A DNA stretch of 64,000 bases from Heterodontus francisci (lineage: Eukaryota), in the NCBI RefSeq assembly GCF_036365525.1, contig NC_090383.1, positions 53,857,378 to 53,921,377 on the forward strand. Direction: 5' to 3'. Shown here piece after piece: positions 47,510 to 60,519 of the stretch. The position numbers and the translations under genes were made by a program. Below the pieces are notes generated by a model. That model did not search any database, was not told the origin of the DNA, and worked only from the letters and a program-made list of their open reading frames with translations. The stretch's first letter is position 1; each line of letters starts with the position of its first letter.

Positions 47510-50500
47510 TAAATGTTCACCTCCTGCCCCTTACCTTAAATCTATGCCCCCTGGTTACTGACATCTCTGCTAAGGGAAAATGTTTCTTCCTATCTACCCT
47601 ATCTATGCAGTCATAATTTTGTATACCTCAATCAGATACCCTCTCGGCCTTCTCTGCTCTAAGGAAAACAACCCTAGCCTATCCAATCTCTCTTCATAGT
47701 TGAAATGCTCCAGCCCAGGCAATATCCTGCTAAATCTTCTCTGCACCCTCTCCGGTGCAATCACATCCTTCCGAGAGTGTGGCAACCAGAACTGTACACA
47801 GTACTCGAGCTGTGTCCTAACTAGCGTTTTATACAGCTCCATTATAACATAAGAACATAAGAACTAGGAGCAGGAGTAGGCAATTCAACCCCTCGAGCTT
47901 GCTCCGCCATTCAATACTGGCTGCTGTCATCTCGGCCTCAACTCCACTTTCCTGCCCGTTCTCCATAACCTTTCAACCCATTACTAATTAAAAATCTGTC
48001 TATCTCCTCCTTAAATTTATTCAATGTCCTAGCATCCACCACACACTGGGGTAGTGAATTCCATAGACTCATGACCCTTTGAGAGAAGTAATTTCTCCTC
48101 ATCTCTGTTTTAAATCTGCTACCCCTTATCCTAAAACTATGACCTCTTGTTCTAGATTGCCCCACCAGAGGAAACATCCTCTCTACATCTACTTTGTCAA
48201 TCCCCTTAAGCATCTTATATACCTCAATTAGATCTCCTCTTATTCTTCTAAACTCTAGAGAGTAACGGCTTAAACTGCTCAATCTCTCTTCATAAGACAA
48301 AGCCCCTCATCTCTGGAATCAATCCAGTGAACCTCCTCTGAACTGCCTCCAATGCAACTACATCCCTCCTCAGGTAAGGGGACTAAAACTGTATGCAATA
48401 CTCCAGCTGTGGTCTCACGAATGCCTTGGACAGTTGCAGCAACACCTCCCTACTTTTATACTCTATTCCTTTAGCAATAAATGTCAAAATTCCATTTGCC
48501 TTCCTTATTACCTGCTGCACCTGTATACTAGTTTTCTGCAATTCATGCATGAGGACACCCAGATCCCTCTGCACTGAAGCACTCTGAAGTTTCTCTCCAT
48601 TTAGTTAGTAATGTGCCTTTCTATTCTTCCGACCAAAATGGATAACCTCACATTTATCCACATTAAACTCCATCTGCCAAATTTTGGCCCATTCACCTAA
48701 CCGATCCATATCCATTTGTAAATTTCTTATTTCTTTATTGAAACTTACTATTCCACCTATTTTAGTGCCATCTGCAAATTTGGCTATAGTACCTTCTACC
48801 TCTGCATCCAAGTCATGAATATAGATTGTAAATAGTTGGGGCCCGAGGACCGAACCCTGTGGCACCCCACTAGTTACATCTTGCCAACCAGAAAAAGATC
48901 CATTTATCCCAACTCTCTGTTTTCTGTTGGTTAGCCAATCCTCTAGCTAAGCTAATAAATTGCCCTTAACCCCATGTGATCTTACCTTGTGTATTAACCT
49001 TTTGTGCGGCACCTTATCAAATGCCTTCTGGAAGTCCAGATATACCACATCTACAGGATTCCCATTATCCACTTTACTTGTTACATCTTCGAAGAACTCT
49101 AGCAAATTATTCAAACATGCTTTACCCTTCATAAAACCATGCTGACTCTGATGGATTGCATTTTGACTTTCTAAATGTCCTGATATTACTGCCTTAATAA
49201 TGGATTCTAACAATTTCCCAACAACAGATGTTAAACTAACTGGTCTATAGTTTCCTACTTTCTGCCTCCCTCATTTTTTGAATAAGGGCGTTCTATTAGC
49301 ATTTTACCAATCCACTGGAACCTTTCCTGCATTCAGGGAATTTTGGAATATTATAACCAATGGATCCACTATCTCCGCTGCCACTTCCTTTAAGACCCTG
49401 GGATGTGGGCCATCAGGCCCTGGGGACTTGCCTGCCTTCAATCCCAATAGTTTGCTCTTTACCTTTTCCCTAGTGATGATGATTGTTCTAAGTTCCTCCC
49501 TTTCTATAACCTCTGAATTACTTGTTACTATTGGGATGGTACTAGAGTCCTCCACCATGAAAACTGAGGCAAAATCAAAAACTGATTTAGTTTCTCCACC
49601 ATTTCTGTGTTCTCCACAATTAGTTCCCAGTCTCATCCTCCAAGGGACCAACATTCACTTTAGCTACTGTCTTCCCTTTTATATACTTATAGAAGCTTTT
49701 GCTATCTGTTTTTATATTTTGCACTAGTTTTCTTTCATAATTTACCTTTGCTCTTCTTATTACTTTTTTAGTAACCCTTTGCTGATCTTTAAAATTTTCC
49801 CAATCTTCCAGCCTGCCACTGGCCTTTGCAATATGCTATGCCTTAATTTTTGGTCTTTATGTTATCCTTAACTTCCTTGCTTAGCCAGGGATGTTTTTTC
49901 CCCCTCTTAGAATCTTTCTTCCTCTCTGGAATATATTTTAGTTGGGAGGAATTGAATATCTCCTTAAACATCTGCCACTGCTCATCAACTGTCCTACATT
50001 TCAGTCTTCCTGCCCAGTCCACTAGGGCCAATTCTGTCCTCATGCCTATGCAATTACCTTTGTTTAACTCCAGAACGCTGGTGTGGGACTCCAGTTTCTC
50101 GCCCTCAAACTGAATTTGAAATTCTAGCATGCTATGATCACTCTTCCCTAGAGGATCCTTAACATGAGATCATTTATTAATCCCACCTCATTACACAATA
50201 CGAAATCTAGAATAGCCTGCTCCCTGGTTGGTTCCACAACATGTTGCTCCAAAAAAAAATCTCTAACACATTCAGTGAACTCACCCTCAAGGCTACCCTT
50301 GCCAATATGATTAATCCAGTCCAAATGCATATTAAAATCACCCATGGTTATTGGTGTACCCTTCTTACAAGCCCCCAGTATTTCCTGGTTTATACTGGGG
50401 CCCACTGCGGAACTACTGTTTGGCGACCTATAGATTACTCCCACCAGTGACTTCTTTCCCTTGCTACTTCTTGTTTCTACCCAGACTGCTTCTACGTCCT

Positions 50501-51950
50501 GATCTCCAGTGCATATATAATTTAGGGCGGCACAGTGGCGCAGTGGATAGCACCGCAGCCTCACAGCTCCAGCGACCCGGGTTCAATTCTGGGTACTGCC
50601 TGTGTGGAGTTTGCAAGTTCTCCCTGTGTCTGCGTGGGTTTCCTCCGGGTGCTCCGGTTTCCTCCCACATGCCAAAGACTTGCTGCTTGATAGGTTAATT
50701 GGCCATTATAAATTGCCCCTAGTATAGGTAGGTGGTAGGGAAATGTGGGGACAGGTAGGAATATGGAATTAGTGTAGGATTAGTATAAATGGGTGGTTGA
50801 TGGTCAGCACAGACTCGGTGGGCCGAAGGGCCTGTTTCAGTGCTGTATCTCTAAAAACTAAAACTAAAATTTCTCACTACAGCATTGATCTCTTCCTTTA
50901 CTAACAAAGCTACACCACCTCCTTTTCCTTCCTACCTATCCTTCCGAAATACTGAGTACTCTTGGATATTCAATTCCCAAACCTGCAACCACGTCTCAGT
51001 AATCACCACTAAATCATACCCATTCGTCTCTATTTGCGCTGTTAACTCATTAATTTGATTCTGAATGCTTCGTGCATTCAGATACAAAGCTTTTAAGTGT
51101 GTTCCTCCCTGCTCTTATATTCTATACCTCGACTAATAAAGGCAAGTATCCTATATGCCTTCCTACCTGTGCTGCTGTCTTCAGTGATCTATGGACAAGT
51201 ACACCAAGATCCCTCTGACCCTCTGTACTTCCTAGGGTCCTACCACCCATTGTATATTCCCTTGCCTTGTTAGTCCTCCCGAAATGCATCACCTCACACT
51301 TCTCAGGATTAAATTCCATTTGCCACTGCTCCGCCCATCTTACCAGCCCATCTATATCGTCCTGTAATCTAAGGCTTTCCATCTCACTATTTACGACACC
51401 ACCAATTTTCGTGTCATCTGCGAACTTACTGATCATACCTTCTATATTCACATCTAAATCATTAATGTACACTACAAACAGCAAGGATCCCAGCATAGAT
51501 CCCTGCGTTACACCACTGGTCACAGGCTTCCAATTGCAAAAACAACCCTTGACCATCACCCTCTGCCTCCTGCCACTGTCAATTTTGATCCAATTTGCCA
51601 AATTGCCTTGGATCCCATGGGCTCTCACCTTATTAACCAATCTCCCATGCGGGACCTTATCAAAAGCCTTACTGAAGTCCATGTAGACTACATCAACTGC
51701 TTTACCCTCATCTACACACCTCGTCACTTCCTCGAAAAATTCAATCAAGTTTGTTAGGCATGATCTCCCACTGACAAAGCTATGCTGACTATCCCTGATT
51801 AATCCCTGCCTCTCCAAGTGGAGATTAATCCTGTCTCTCAGAACTTTTTCCAATAGTTTCCCTACCACTGATGTTAGACTCACCGGCCTGTAATTACCTG
51901 GTTTATCCCTGCTACCCTTCTTGAATAATGGTAACACATGGCTGTCTCCA
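47510..51950 (-). mobile_element. Nested decayed CR1 LINEs (47846-about 51105 inserted into an older copy at 47510-47845 / 51120-51950)
   Basis: RT and APE fragments (ORFs 48605-50564 and 51122-51937); reverse tail aacataagaacataagaac at 47846. Confidence 0.85.
50525..50869 (+). mobile_element. HE1-like V-SINE inserted in CR1
   Basis: Same structure as 21211-21531; tail (aaaact)n. Confidence 0.87.
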
Positions 51951-52793
51951 GCCTACCACGAGCAAGATCAAAGGCAATGGGGAGGAGAAATGGTCAGAGA
52001 AAGCCTCAGCTTGCAGCAGTTTGCAGTATTCTTGTGGAGCCAGAAGAAACACTTTTAAAATGTTTTGTGATCACTTCTTGAGCAGCATCCAGTGATCCCT
52101 TTAAGAATTGGTGGTTAGGCCACTCAAGGTTTAATGTAGCTAGGCAAGCTTGCATGGCACAGGTGGGCCCATTTGTACCCTCATTTTGCAGTTGAAGTGT
52201 TATAACCAGCAGGAGGATGCCGATTTGTATATGTAATGTGCTTAACACCTGTTTCAGCCAGTCATCCTGTGCAGTTTATTGGCACCTGCTTCCGATGTGC
52301 CAACTGACTCTCTTGCAGGGCAAATCACATGCGGGAGGTCACCCTATTGTTCATCATCATATTGCCAAGATGATGTGTTTTGCGCCCAAATAACAACAAA
52401 ATCAAAGATGTTTTCACTTGTGGGGAGGAAACCAAAACCAGGGGCCATAATTATTAGATAGTATTCAACACATCTAATAGGGAATTCGATGGAAACTTCT
52501 TTACCCCAGAGAGTGGTTAGAATCTGGAACTTGCTGTCACAAGGTGTATCACAAGGCAAATAATGTTGATATATTTAAGACAAAACTAAATAATTACATG
52601 AAGGAGAAGAGGATAGGAGGTTAAGGTGATAGGCTGAGATGAATTGGGGTAGGAGGGGGCTTGTGTCGAGCATAAACACCAGCATAGACTGGTTGGACTG
52701 AATAGTCTGTTTCTGTGTTGTGTATTCTATGAAATTACTAAGAGTGCAATTTTATTACCTTTCGTCACAGATTTACTGTCCTATATTTTCCAG

Positions 52794-52976
52794 GTTTCTG
52801 TTTTACTCTTGATTTCTGCCACAGGTGATGATTCAATCCATTTTACCAATAAACCCTTCAGTCATCTGAGACTGGGTTGCACACTGTTAATTTCCAATAT
52901 TCTGACTATTGCAAAGTGTCTGTGGAAACTTTCATTCCGTTCTGAATCTATGATCTTCACATACAGCCTGATAACA
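52794..52976 (+). pseudogene. chs: CHS-B exon 3 homologue (open)
   Basis: ttccag|VSVLLLISATGDDSIHFTNKPFSHLRLGCTLLISNILTIAKCLWK...|gtaagt; aligns with CHS-A NKPFTHL...KALWK. Confidence 0.85.
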
Positions 52977-53704
52977 GTAAGTGAATGCATAGTAAGGCAA
53001 AATAGCGATTGAAATTGGGGGGATGATTCTGGGTAAAGATGGGATTGGGATCGGTTTGATAGCCAATAGGGTACATGTATCCACTGACTAATTGCCCACA
53101 TTCATATTTGCGGTTTGTCCATTTTGGTGAAGTAAGTGGGATGCTGTCACTCCAGACCCCACAGCAGAAATGAGGGATAGTGAGTTTCAGGAAGAAACCA
53201 GACAGGTACTTGTCAACAAAGCAGATTCAGGGTTATTAGAAATATTGGGTTATTAGGAAAGGAATACTTTGGATAGGTGGTTTGGTGAACCAAAGGTCTT
53301 CTCCTGCCTGAACCTGTTACTATGTTATGATTATCATGCATTCATTCAGCCCATTGTGCTTGTGCTGACTCTTTAAAAGAGATATCCAAATCGACCCACT
53401 TCCCTGCTCTTTCCCCGTAATGCTGCAAATGTTTCCTTTTCAAGTTTATATCCAGTTTTTGAAAAATTACTATTGAATTTTCTTCCACCACCCTTTAATT
53501 CCAGATCATAATAACACTTTTGGGCCAAATGTTGTTGTTGCAGGCCATCAACAGTGTTTGTCATTAGTTAGACATCCTCTTGCATGTTTAGGTTGTTTCA
53601 TTTTTTCCATGGAAAATTGCTGAAAGTGTGAGCAGATAAAGTCGCAGCGAGGGTGTAGGGCGTGAGAGCCCCCTGCAGAGTCTCACTTAGGTTCGAAGTT
53701 ATAC

Positions 53705-54566
53705 TGTAGATGTAACAAGAATAAGGGGCTCAACACCAAATAATGTGTTAAACAGTAATTTTATTGAGTAATTATTAAACAATTATTCATGATAAAAAGG
53801 AAATATAAGAGTATAGAAAGACAAAATAAACTTGTACACACTGCTATAACACCAAATCAGTCAGTTCACAACAGCTCTCTAAAATGGTACTATTCCCCCT
53901 TGGTATGTATATATCAAGTCTCTGGAGAACCTTGCATGGGGTGGACTCTCCGGTCAATCACTCCGTCGATGTCTCTTCCTCCGTAGCCTTCAGTGGTTGA
54001 CTAGTCCATTCCGGCTGCAGCCCCGAAAGTTGGATGCTGTTCCCCTTTAAGTCCAATTTCTGGCTCCATTCCAGCTTTCTGAGGTTTCCATCCAGACTTT
54101 CTCAAAACAAAGGCCCGACAACCTTGAGTCCTTGTCAAATTCTTCCCACAGGCACTACAAGGCTGTTTAGGTTGTTTACACATCCTTTAATAATGTCTCT
54201 CACCTGCCATCAATTAGGTTATACCATCAATCAATTAAACTCCATCTTCTGACTTCACACCATAGTGGACCACCCCATGTGCTGGGTTATCCATTGTCCT
54301 GGCTTGTAGTTCAAGGGTCATAAAACACCATAAGAACTGACTTCTGTTTAAACAACGAGAAAGCAACTGTTATTTTCAAGGAGAGAAAAACAGTAGTTTA
54401 GACAAAACAACAGCTGTGCATGGTCTGGCCTGACCAGCATGAAAACAAAAGGAAGAAGTTCTTGGAAAAATACAAGTTCATAATGAATAATATACCATTG
54501 ATTACATAATTGATTAATTACTTAACTCAAAGCACAATCACACTTAGTTTTCAATCAATATCTACA
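53705..54566 (-). mobile_element. Possible solo LTR
   Basis: tgtagat ... atctaca inverted termini; minus-strand AATAAA near 53760; no clean TSD. Confidence 0.4.
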
Positions 54567-55474
54567 AAGTAATCTTTAAAAATTCATTACAGGTTTAAAA
54601 CAGTTTTTTTTTTAAATCAAAGCAAAGCAAAAGCATGACAGAAGTAAAAATGCAAAAACTTACAAAACGTAGTAGCTGCAGGCTTCAGGCCTACAAGGGA
54701 AACAAGGTATCTGGAACCTGAGTAAACAGGACTACCGACTGTGTTTCTCCTTAACCAACCAGATTGAAGGATTGTGAAATTAACAGTGCAAGAAGGGAAA
54801 GTGTAAGCTAGAATGGATGAATTCAATGTCAAATCAGGTACATAGAGAAATAAAGAAAGGGAAAGAAAGATTAGATTAAGAGAGTGAGAAAGGAAAAGAA
54901 AAAAACATGTTTTAAATTTGACAGTTTTAACAACAATTAATATCTGAAGGAATAAGATGTCACATTTGGAATATTTAATTTTCAGTGCCAGAGAGGTTGA
55001 TAGGCAGTAATGAACACTTAGCACATTGTTAGAAGAGTACTAAGACTGGAATAGACAAGACTTAACTTTCTGTGCTGAATTTAGTTTGTATCTATTGTGA
55101 AAATACAGCAGTTTCATACAATTCAATACATTTCAAGGATGAAGCAGTCAACGAACTGTTGTTTTCACAAAGCTAACAACAGAATGGCACAACTCAGACA
55201 GCAACGTTTTAATATTTGAGTTAAACCATGCATCTGCCCCTCACCTGAATTTGCTGCATAAATAAAAGTGAGCGCCATTAACCTCACCGTTATTTTGACA
55301 GGAGAATCTGGACCACTGTTGTCAATGTAATCATTATTGTCGAAGTAATGAGAAATCAAGTCATTGAGAGGAGAATCTGGCTCAGCGGAGTTATATATTT
55401 CCTGCAGCTTCTGAATTATGAAGAATTTATTTCAAATGCATCAGAAGTTAACCAGCTTCTTGCTTTTCTTTCAG

Positions 55475-56505
55475 GTCTGCATTCTGGAAGCATTCACATT
55501 CCTCGGTACAGCATCCCTGATTGTCATCTGCCTGCCCCACTATGACAAATTGACAACTGTGTTCCTTTCTAACAGTATTAGTTTAATTCCATCCGTTCTA
55601 CGAGTGGTATCTCAGAAAACCAGCCGACAGCTCAGTGTGACAGGACCTCTGTCAGGGTTGCTCCTTCTCTTGTGCAGTTACATATTCTTTCTATTTGTCA
55701 ACGTTTGGATCTAAAGGAATATGATAGTGTATACTTGGGACTCATCACATTTTTCTCTGTTTTAACATCTCTGAGTTGGTGGGAAAATTTTAATTCAAAT
55801 TGGAAGTATCCAATATTTAAACTTCTAAGGTTTGTGCATGATAAATGCAGGAATATGGTGAGCCTCTGGACAAGTGTAGTGAGAATTGTTATTACTGCTT
55901 CTGTAGTGGGAGCTGGGATTGCTACTAAGGAATTGGAGTGGGAAACTGTCAGTGATGTTGTATCGCATGAAATCAGAATAATTCTGGGTCTTTTTGCAGT
56001 GCAGGCTGGTGCATCAGTACTTTGTTCCTGGATTGGGATGGTTGCATGTAAGATCCATGCAATGAGACAATGTTTCGTCCTTCCTTCAGTTTTGAATACA
56101 CCGTGGTACTCTTTTTCTGGTGGTTTTTAGGATTCGCTACAATGACTTTTTACAAACAGACAACAAGTTCAACCTCTCAGATCTCTGTGCTTATTCCACA
56201 AATCGTGTGAATAATACACTTAGTGTAGAGATCCTTTATTCAGAAATCATTCGCAGCATTTGCAGCCTGCAGGGTGGTACATCAAATCAAGCCAGTGTTT
56301 GGTTAGTAGGGGTGGTTGGGGCATGCTGGTGGGTTGGGCTCATTCTTCCAACGATCTACCTGTGGACTCAGAATATCAACAGAATACAGCGGACATCAGA
56401 GATCTTTGTTCGGAGGATGTATGAAGCTGCCTTTCTAGAACAATCCATGCTGCTGAACAAAAGAATTCACATTAATCCACATCAGCCTGCGGAAAGTAAT
56501 CCAAG
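55475..56505 (+). pseudogene. chs: CHS-B exon 4 homologue, frameshifted
   Basis: VCILEAF..., SLSWWENF..., ACKIHAMRQCF... and RIQRTSEIFVRRMYEAAFLEQSMLLN lie in ORFs 55418-55714, 55672-56130 and 56120-56536, with frame changes near 55705 and 56100-56115. Confidence 0.88.
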
Positions 56506-56661
56506 GGATAAACATAATGGAATGTTTCATATTTAATTAGCAGGAGATTCCCAGATTGCCATTCAGATCAAGATATCCAATTTATTTGGTAACATGAATG
56601 TTCATAATTCTGTTTTCCAGCCCAGCATAAAAACCAAAATGCAGGATATACAGAAGCATAT

Positions 56662-57573
56662 TGTTATGACCAGATGAGAAAGGGGTCTCGGGTTCCCTAT
56701 CAGCCTTCACCTGGTTTTACCGTAACAGGGTTTAATTTTAAACACACCTTTTTTTTAGCTCCCCCTTAGTGAATCCTTGTTCACTGCTTTCCAATTATAA
56801 GGCAAATAAACCAGTCCAAACAGGTTTTCTTAGGTTTAAAGAAGAAAGGTTGAAATTTTATTAAACTTAAACTCAAATTCAGTTAAAGCCTACAGATACA
56901 TGATGCGCCCACACTCGCATGCATACGCGATACACACATGCAGATAGAGACAGAAAAGAGCAGAAGAAAAATAAAGTGGAAAAGTTTGAGGCAATATCTG
57001 AAGAGGGTTCTTTGAGCTCACTGTAGAGTCCTTGATTGAAGGTAGATCTTGCTTTTCGCTGGGGCCCAGTATTCTTCTTAAACCTTGTTCGCTGTAGGAG
57101 ACTTTTCTCTCTTGGGGTTCATGTGTCTTCAGTGGATTTGGAGTTCTGTGAGAAAGAGGTGGGAGCAGACAGGAGAGGTCTTCTTCAGTCCAGGAGCATT
57201 TTGCGGTCTGAGTTCAAACTTTTATACAATTCAGAAAAACCAGGTTGCCAAGCAGGTTAGTCACATGACCAGCTGGTCTGATCACGTCTGTTTATGGATT
57301 TGGCCATCCCAGCAGTCATCCTGAAATTTGAGCTCACTCACCTTCAATGTCTGGTCCTCAAAGTCCATTGTGGGTTTAAATTGAATAAAGGAAGTAACCC
57401 CTTTGTCTCCACAAGCACTGTCTGTTAATATTCAAATGTCTTTCCAGCCAAGGGCCTGGTGATTTTTTAAAACAAGTTATTTCTTCACTTCAGCAACAAT
57501 TTTCAAACCAATGTCCATATGACAAAATTAATATACCTCATTCTTGGCAGTTGTGGGGGGGATCTGCATGACA
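56662..57573. mobile_element. Solo LTR (Gypsy/ERV-like), 912 bp
   Basis: TG..CA termini (tgttatg / catgaca); 4-bp TSD atat. Confidence 0.75.
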
Positions 57574-58149
57574 ATATTAATATTAAAAAAGGAAGAAGCA
57601 AACACCACCTTTGTGAATAAATAGGTGTACACACTTTAACGGCATGTTTTACATGTAAAATGAAATATTATTATATTTTGGATAAAGTTACATCTATCAT
57701 TGTTATGTTAGCAAGTAACTTCTAGGAAGCAAGTGCATACTGTTGTCAGCTGCTAGCACCTCACAAACTGACTTGCAATAGAATAAAAATTTCAGTTCAG
57801 GCTAAATCTTCCTAGAAAAGTGTTCGCATATTCGCGACATATGTCATTATTAAAGCCCAAACTGACCAGCAACTTTAGGAGATTTAAGAGATACACTGTG
57901 AGTCATGAATCTCCAGACCTTGCTGGTTGATTTATGCCACTCCACTGCTTGCTTTGCATACATGGCCATATCACTCTTAACCTTCCCTTTATTCTTCAGA
58001 ATTTGCTGGGTTTGCACACTAATTACCTCCAAAATTCTCCACAGTAATGCAGGGCTCATCATTAATAGTGTAAGTACCCTTTTAACAATAATTGTTAATG
58101 CACTGCTAATCAACCCCTCTGGCCCAGAAAGGAAACAATTTAAGACATT

Positions 58150-58803
58150 GGCTAGAAGTTTACGTTGGGCAGGAAGCCCCGCCCACCAATCAAAAAGTCG
58201 GGGGCGAGACCGCCTTCACTGGGCCTGGGGAGTCATGCTGGGATTTTAAGCTCCCCAGGCCCTTAACTAGACTTGGGCGGGACTTCTACCTCTCTGAGGC
58301 AGCAAGTCCCACCTAATGGAGCTGCCGGGAATGGTGGCCACTGCTGGGACTGCACCTAGCCAACAGCAGGATCGTGGACACCAGCCCCGGAACAAAGGTA
58401 AGTTTTGGGGCCTTGCCAGGGACAATCGTCCAGGCTCCGGTGAGGCAAAGGGGGTTCAGTTGGGCAGGAGGGGTAAGTGTTGTTCAGTGTTTGGTTGGGC
58501 TGTGGGGCGGTGTCCGCTCAGGAGGGCACCCTCAGCCCACAAGGAGGCCGCCGGGTTGGGGGACCTCAGCCACCTATCCAGTACTTGTAAAATTCCATCG
58601 GCGGGGGGAGGAGGCCCTTAAGTGGCAGTTAATTGGCCACTTAAGGGCTTTGATTGACCTGGAGCAGTCGGGCCGTTTCATGCCGCTGTTACCCCTGGTA
58701 AAATTGCAGCAGAGGCTTAAAGACATCGGAAAAGGCCTTCGACTCAATTTTATGACTCCCCCGCCACCAGTCCGCTCCTGTGGTGGGGTGTAAAGTTCCG
58801 GTC
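58150..58803. mobile_element. Harbinger-type MITE
   Basis: TIRs ggctagaagtttac / gtaaagttccggtc; TSD att. Confidence 0.65.
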
Positions 58804-58963
58804 ATTGACAAGTCATTCCCATGTGCAGTAAATTGTTGTTAGAGATTTAAAAGATTTCAAATTTTATATCTGAATTTTTTTTTTACTTTTTCTTTCTGTC
58901 TCTTTTTTTCGCTCTCCAATGCAATCTTTCTTTCCCTCTTAATTTTTCTTTCAGAATCTGGTT

Positions 58964-59447
58964 TGTCATGCTGGCCCCCACCTGCCAAGAATGAGGCACT
59001 TTGCCACATGGACATTAAATTTTGAAATTGTGACTGGGAAGAAAAGAAGGCCTATTATAAGGGGTTGCCAAGCTCCTGGCTGGAAAGACAATACACTGAC
59101 GAGACCTGGTCAACCCAGTCAGTCACATGACCACCTGCTGGCCAACTAGGGGAGTTTTTATTTGGAGATACAGTGTTTGATGACAGAAAGCTGTTTGTTC
59201 CTGGACTGACAAGACCTCTCGTGGCTGGCTTGCCGCCACCTCTCCTGTCTGCTCTCATCTCGCTCTCATGAGCTTCAGAAACCATTGAAGACATATGAAC
59301 CCCAGAAGAAAAGTCTCCTACAGCGAAAAAGGTTCAAGAAGAATACTGGGCCCCAACGAAAAGCAAGGTCTACCTACAAGCAAGGACTGCAGCGTGCTCG
59401 AAGCACAGTAACAAAAACCCCTCGTCAGAGATTGCCTCAAACCTCTC
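58964..59447. mobile_element. Partial LTR, inverted relative to 56662-57573
   Basis: tgtcatgc..cctgccaagaatgagg resembles the reverse complement of 57535-57573; gaatactgggcccca matches 57060-57075 reversed. Confidence 0.65.
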
Positions 59448-59551
59448 GATAATAAAAGCAAAATACTGCAGATGCTGGAAATCTGAAATAAAAACATGAA
59501 ATGCTGGAAATATTCAGCAGGTTTGGCAGCATCTGTGGAGAGAGAAGCAGA

Positions 59552-59581
59552 GTTAACGTTTCAGTGACCCTTCATCAGAAC
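59552..59581 (-). ncRNA. Minimal hammerhead ribozyme motif in a short Penelope-derived repeat (59451-59581)
   Basis: Reverse strand gtt-CTGATGA-ag ggtca ct-GAAA-cg-TT-aac; all core nucleotides present. Confidence 0.6.
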
Positions 59582-60150
59582 CAGTCCATAACCCCCAGTC
59601 CTCATCAACCACCCCCTCGTCGGGACCTGTCTGACTGGCCCCGGCGACCCCAACTCTACTTCCCTTGGTCTCAGGGTGGTCTCCCAGATGCTGCTCTGGC
59701 CACCGTTCCCAGCAGTAGTGCTGGGACTGCTGAGATGTCAACCCTCTGATTGGCCTTCTCGTCGCTTAAAGGGGATGGAAATCTCGACGACAGGCAGTTA
59801 ATTGCCTGCCCACCATTGAATTTGGCCGGGGGAGTCGACAAATGGGTGAGGCGGGGTCACTGCCCCCTGCTTTCTGACCCATTGCAGGCAACCCCCCTAC
59901 CAAAATTAAATTCAGCCAAATGTTGCTGCCTCATTACTGCAATATCACATTAAAAATCTGAGAAGCTAGTTTCTGAACAGATGTGAGAAACAAATCATTG
60001 GTCCTAATTATTTGTTGCCATTTTCTATTTGATTATCTACACTAGTTAATGTCTTGAACACAAACGATGGGGAAAATAATGGCTTAGAAGTCTATAGTGT
60101 TTAATGTTATATTCCTGACGCGTCAAAATGGTTCCTGTTTAATTTTACAG

Positions 60151-60240
60151 GAAGACAAGAAAAATGATGATTTATGTGGGTGTGACTATGTGGCATGAAA
60201 CATTGGACGAAATGATTCGAATAATATCTTCATTGTTCAG
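60151..60240 (+). pseudogene. chs: CHS-B exon 5 homologue (open)
   Basis: ttttacag|...KTRKMMIYVGVTMWHETLDEMIRIISSLF..|gtaagc; 90 nt, the same length as CHS-A exon 5. Confidence 0.88.
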
Positions 60241-60519
60241 GTAAGCTTCTTTGGAATATATGTCTCTTTGTATCAAGGATTCTACCATAGCTAATATTTA
60301 CTAGTTAAAATCATTAATAATCCACAGCAACCATCAGCCTGTTAGTTTATATTATATTTTTAGTCAAAGTAAAACACTTAAATGTTTCATCTGTTACAAG
60401 ATAATTCTTGTTAACATTTGTATGGCTGGAATTTTACCTTATAAAAGTGGACATCCTCAGAGGTGGGGGGAGTGAGAAATGACGGGTCATGACGTCAGCT
60501 CAGGCCACCGATGTCATGA

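Noticed and set aside
55700-56120. Programmed ribosomal frameshifting to rescue CHS-B
   Set aside because: Several shifts plus splice lesions and no clear slippery heptamer; decay or sequencing error is simpler.
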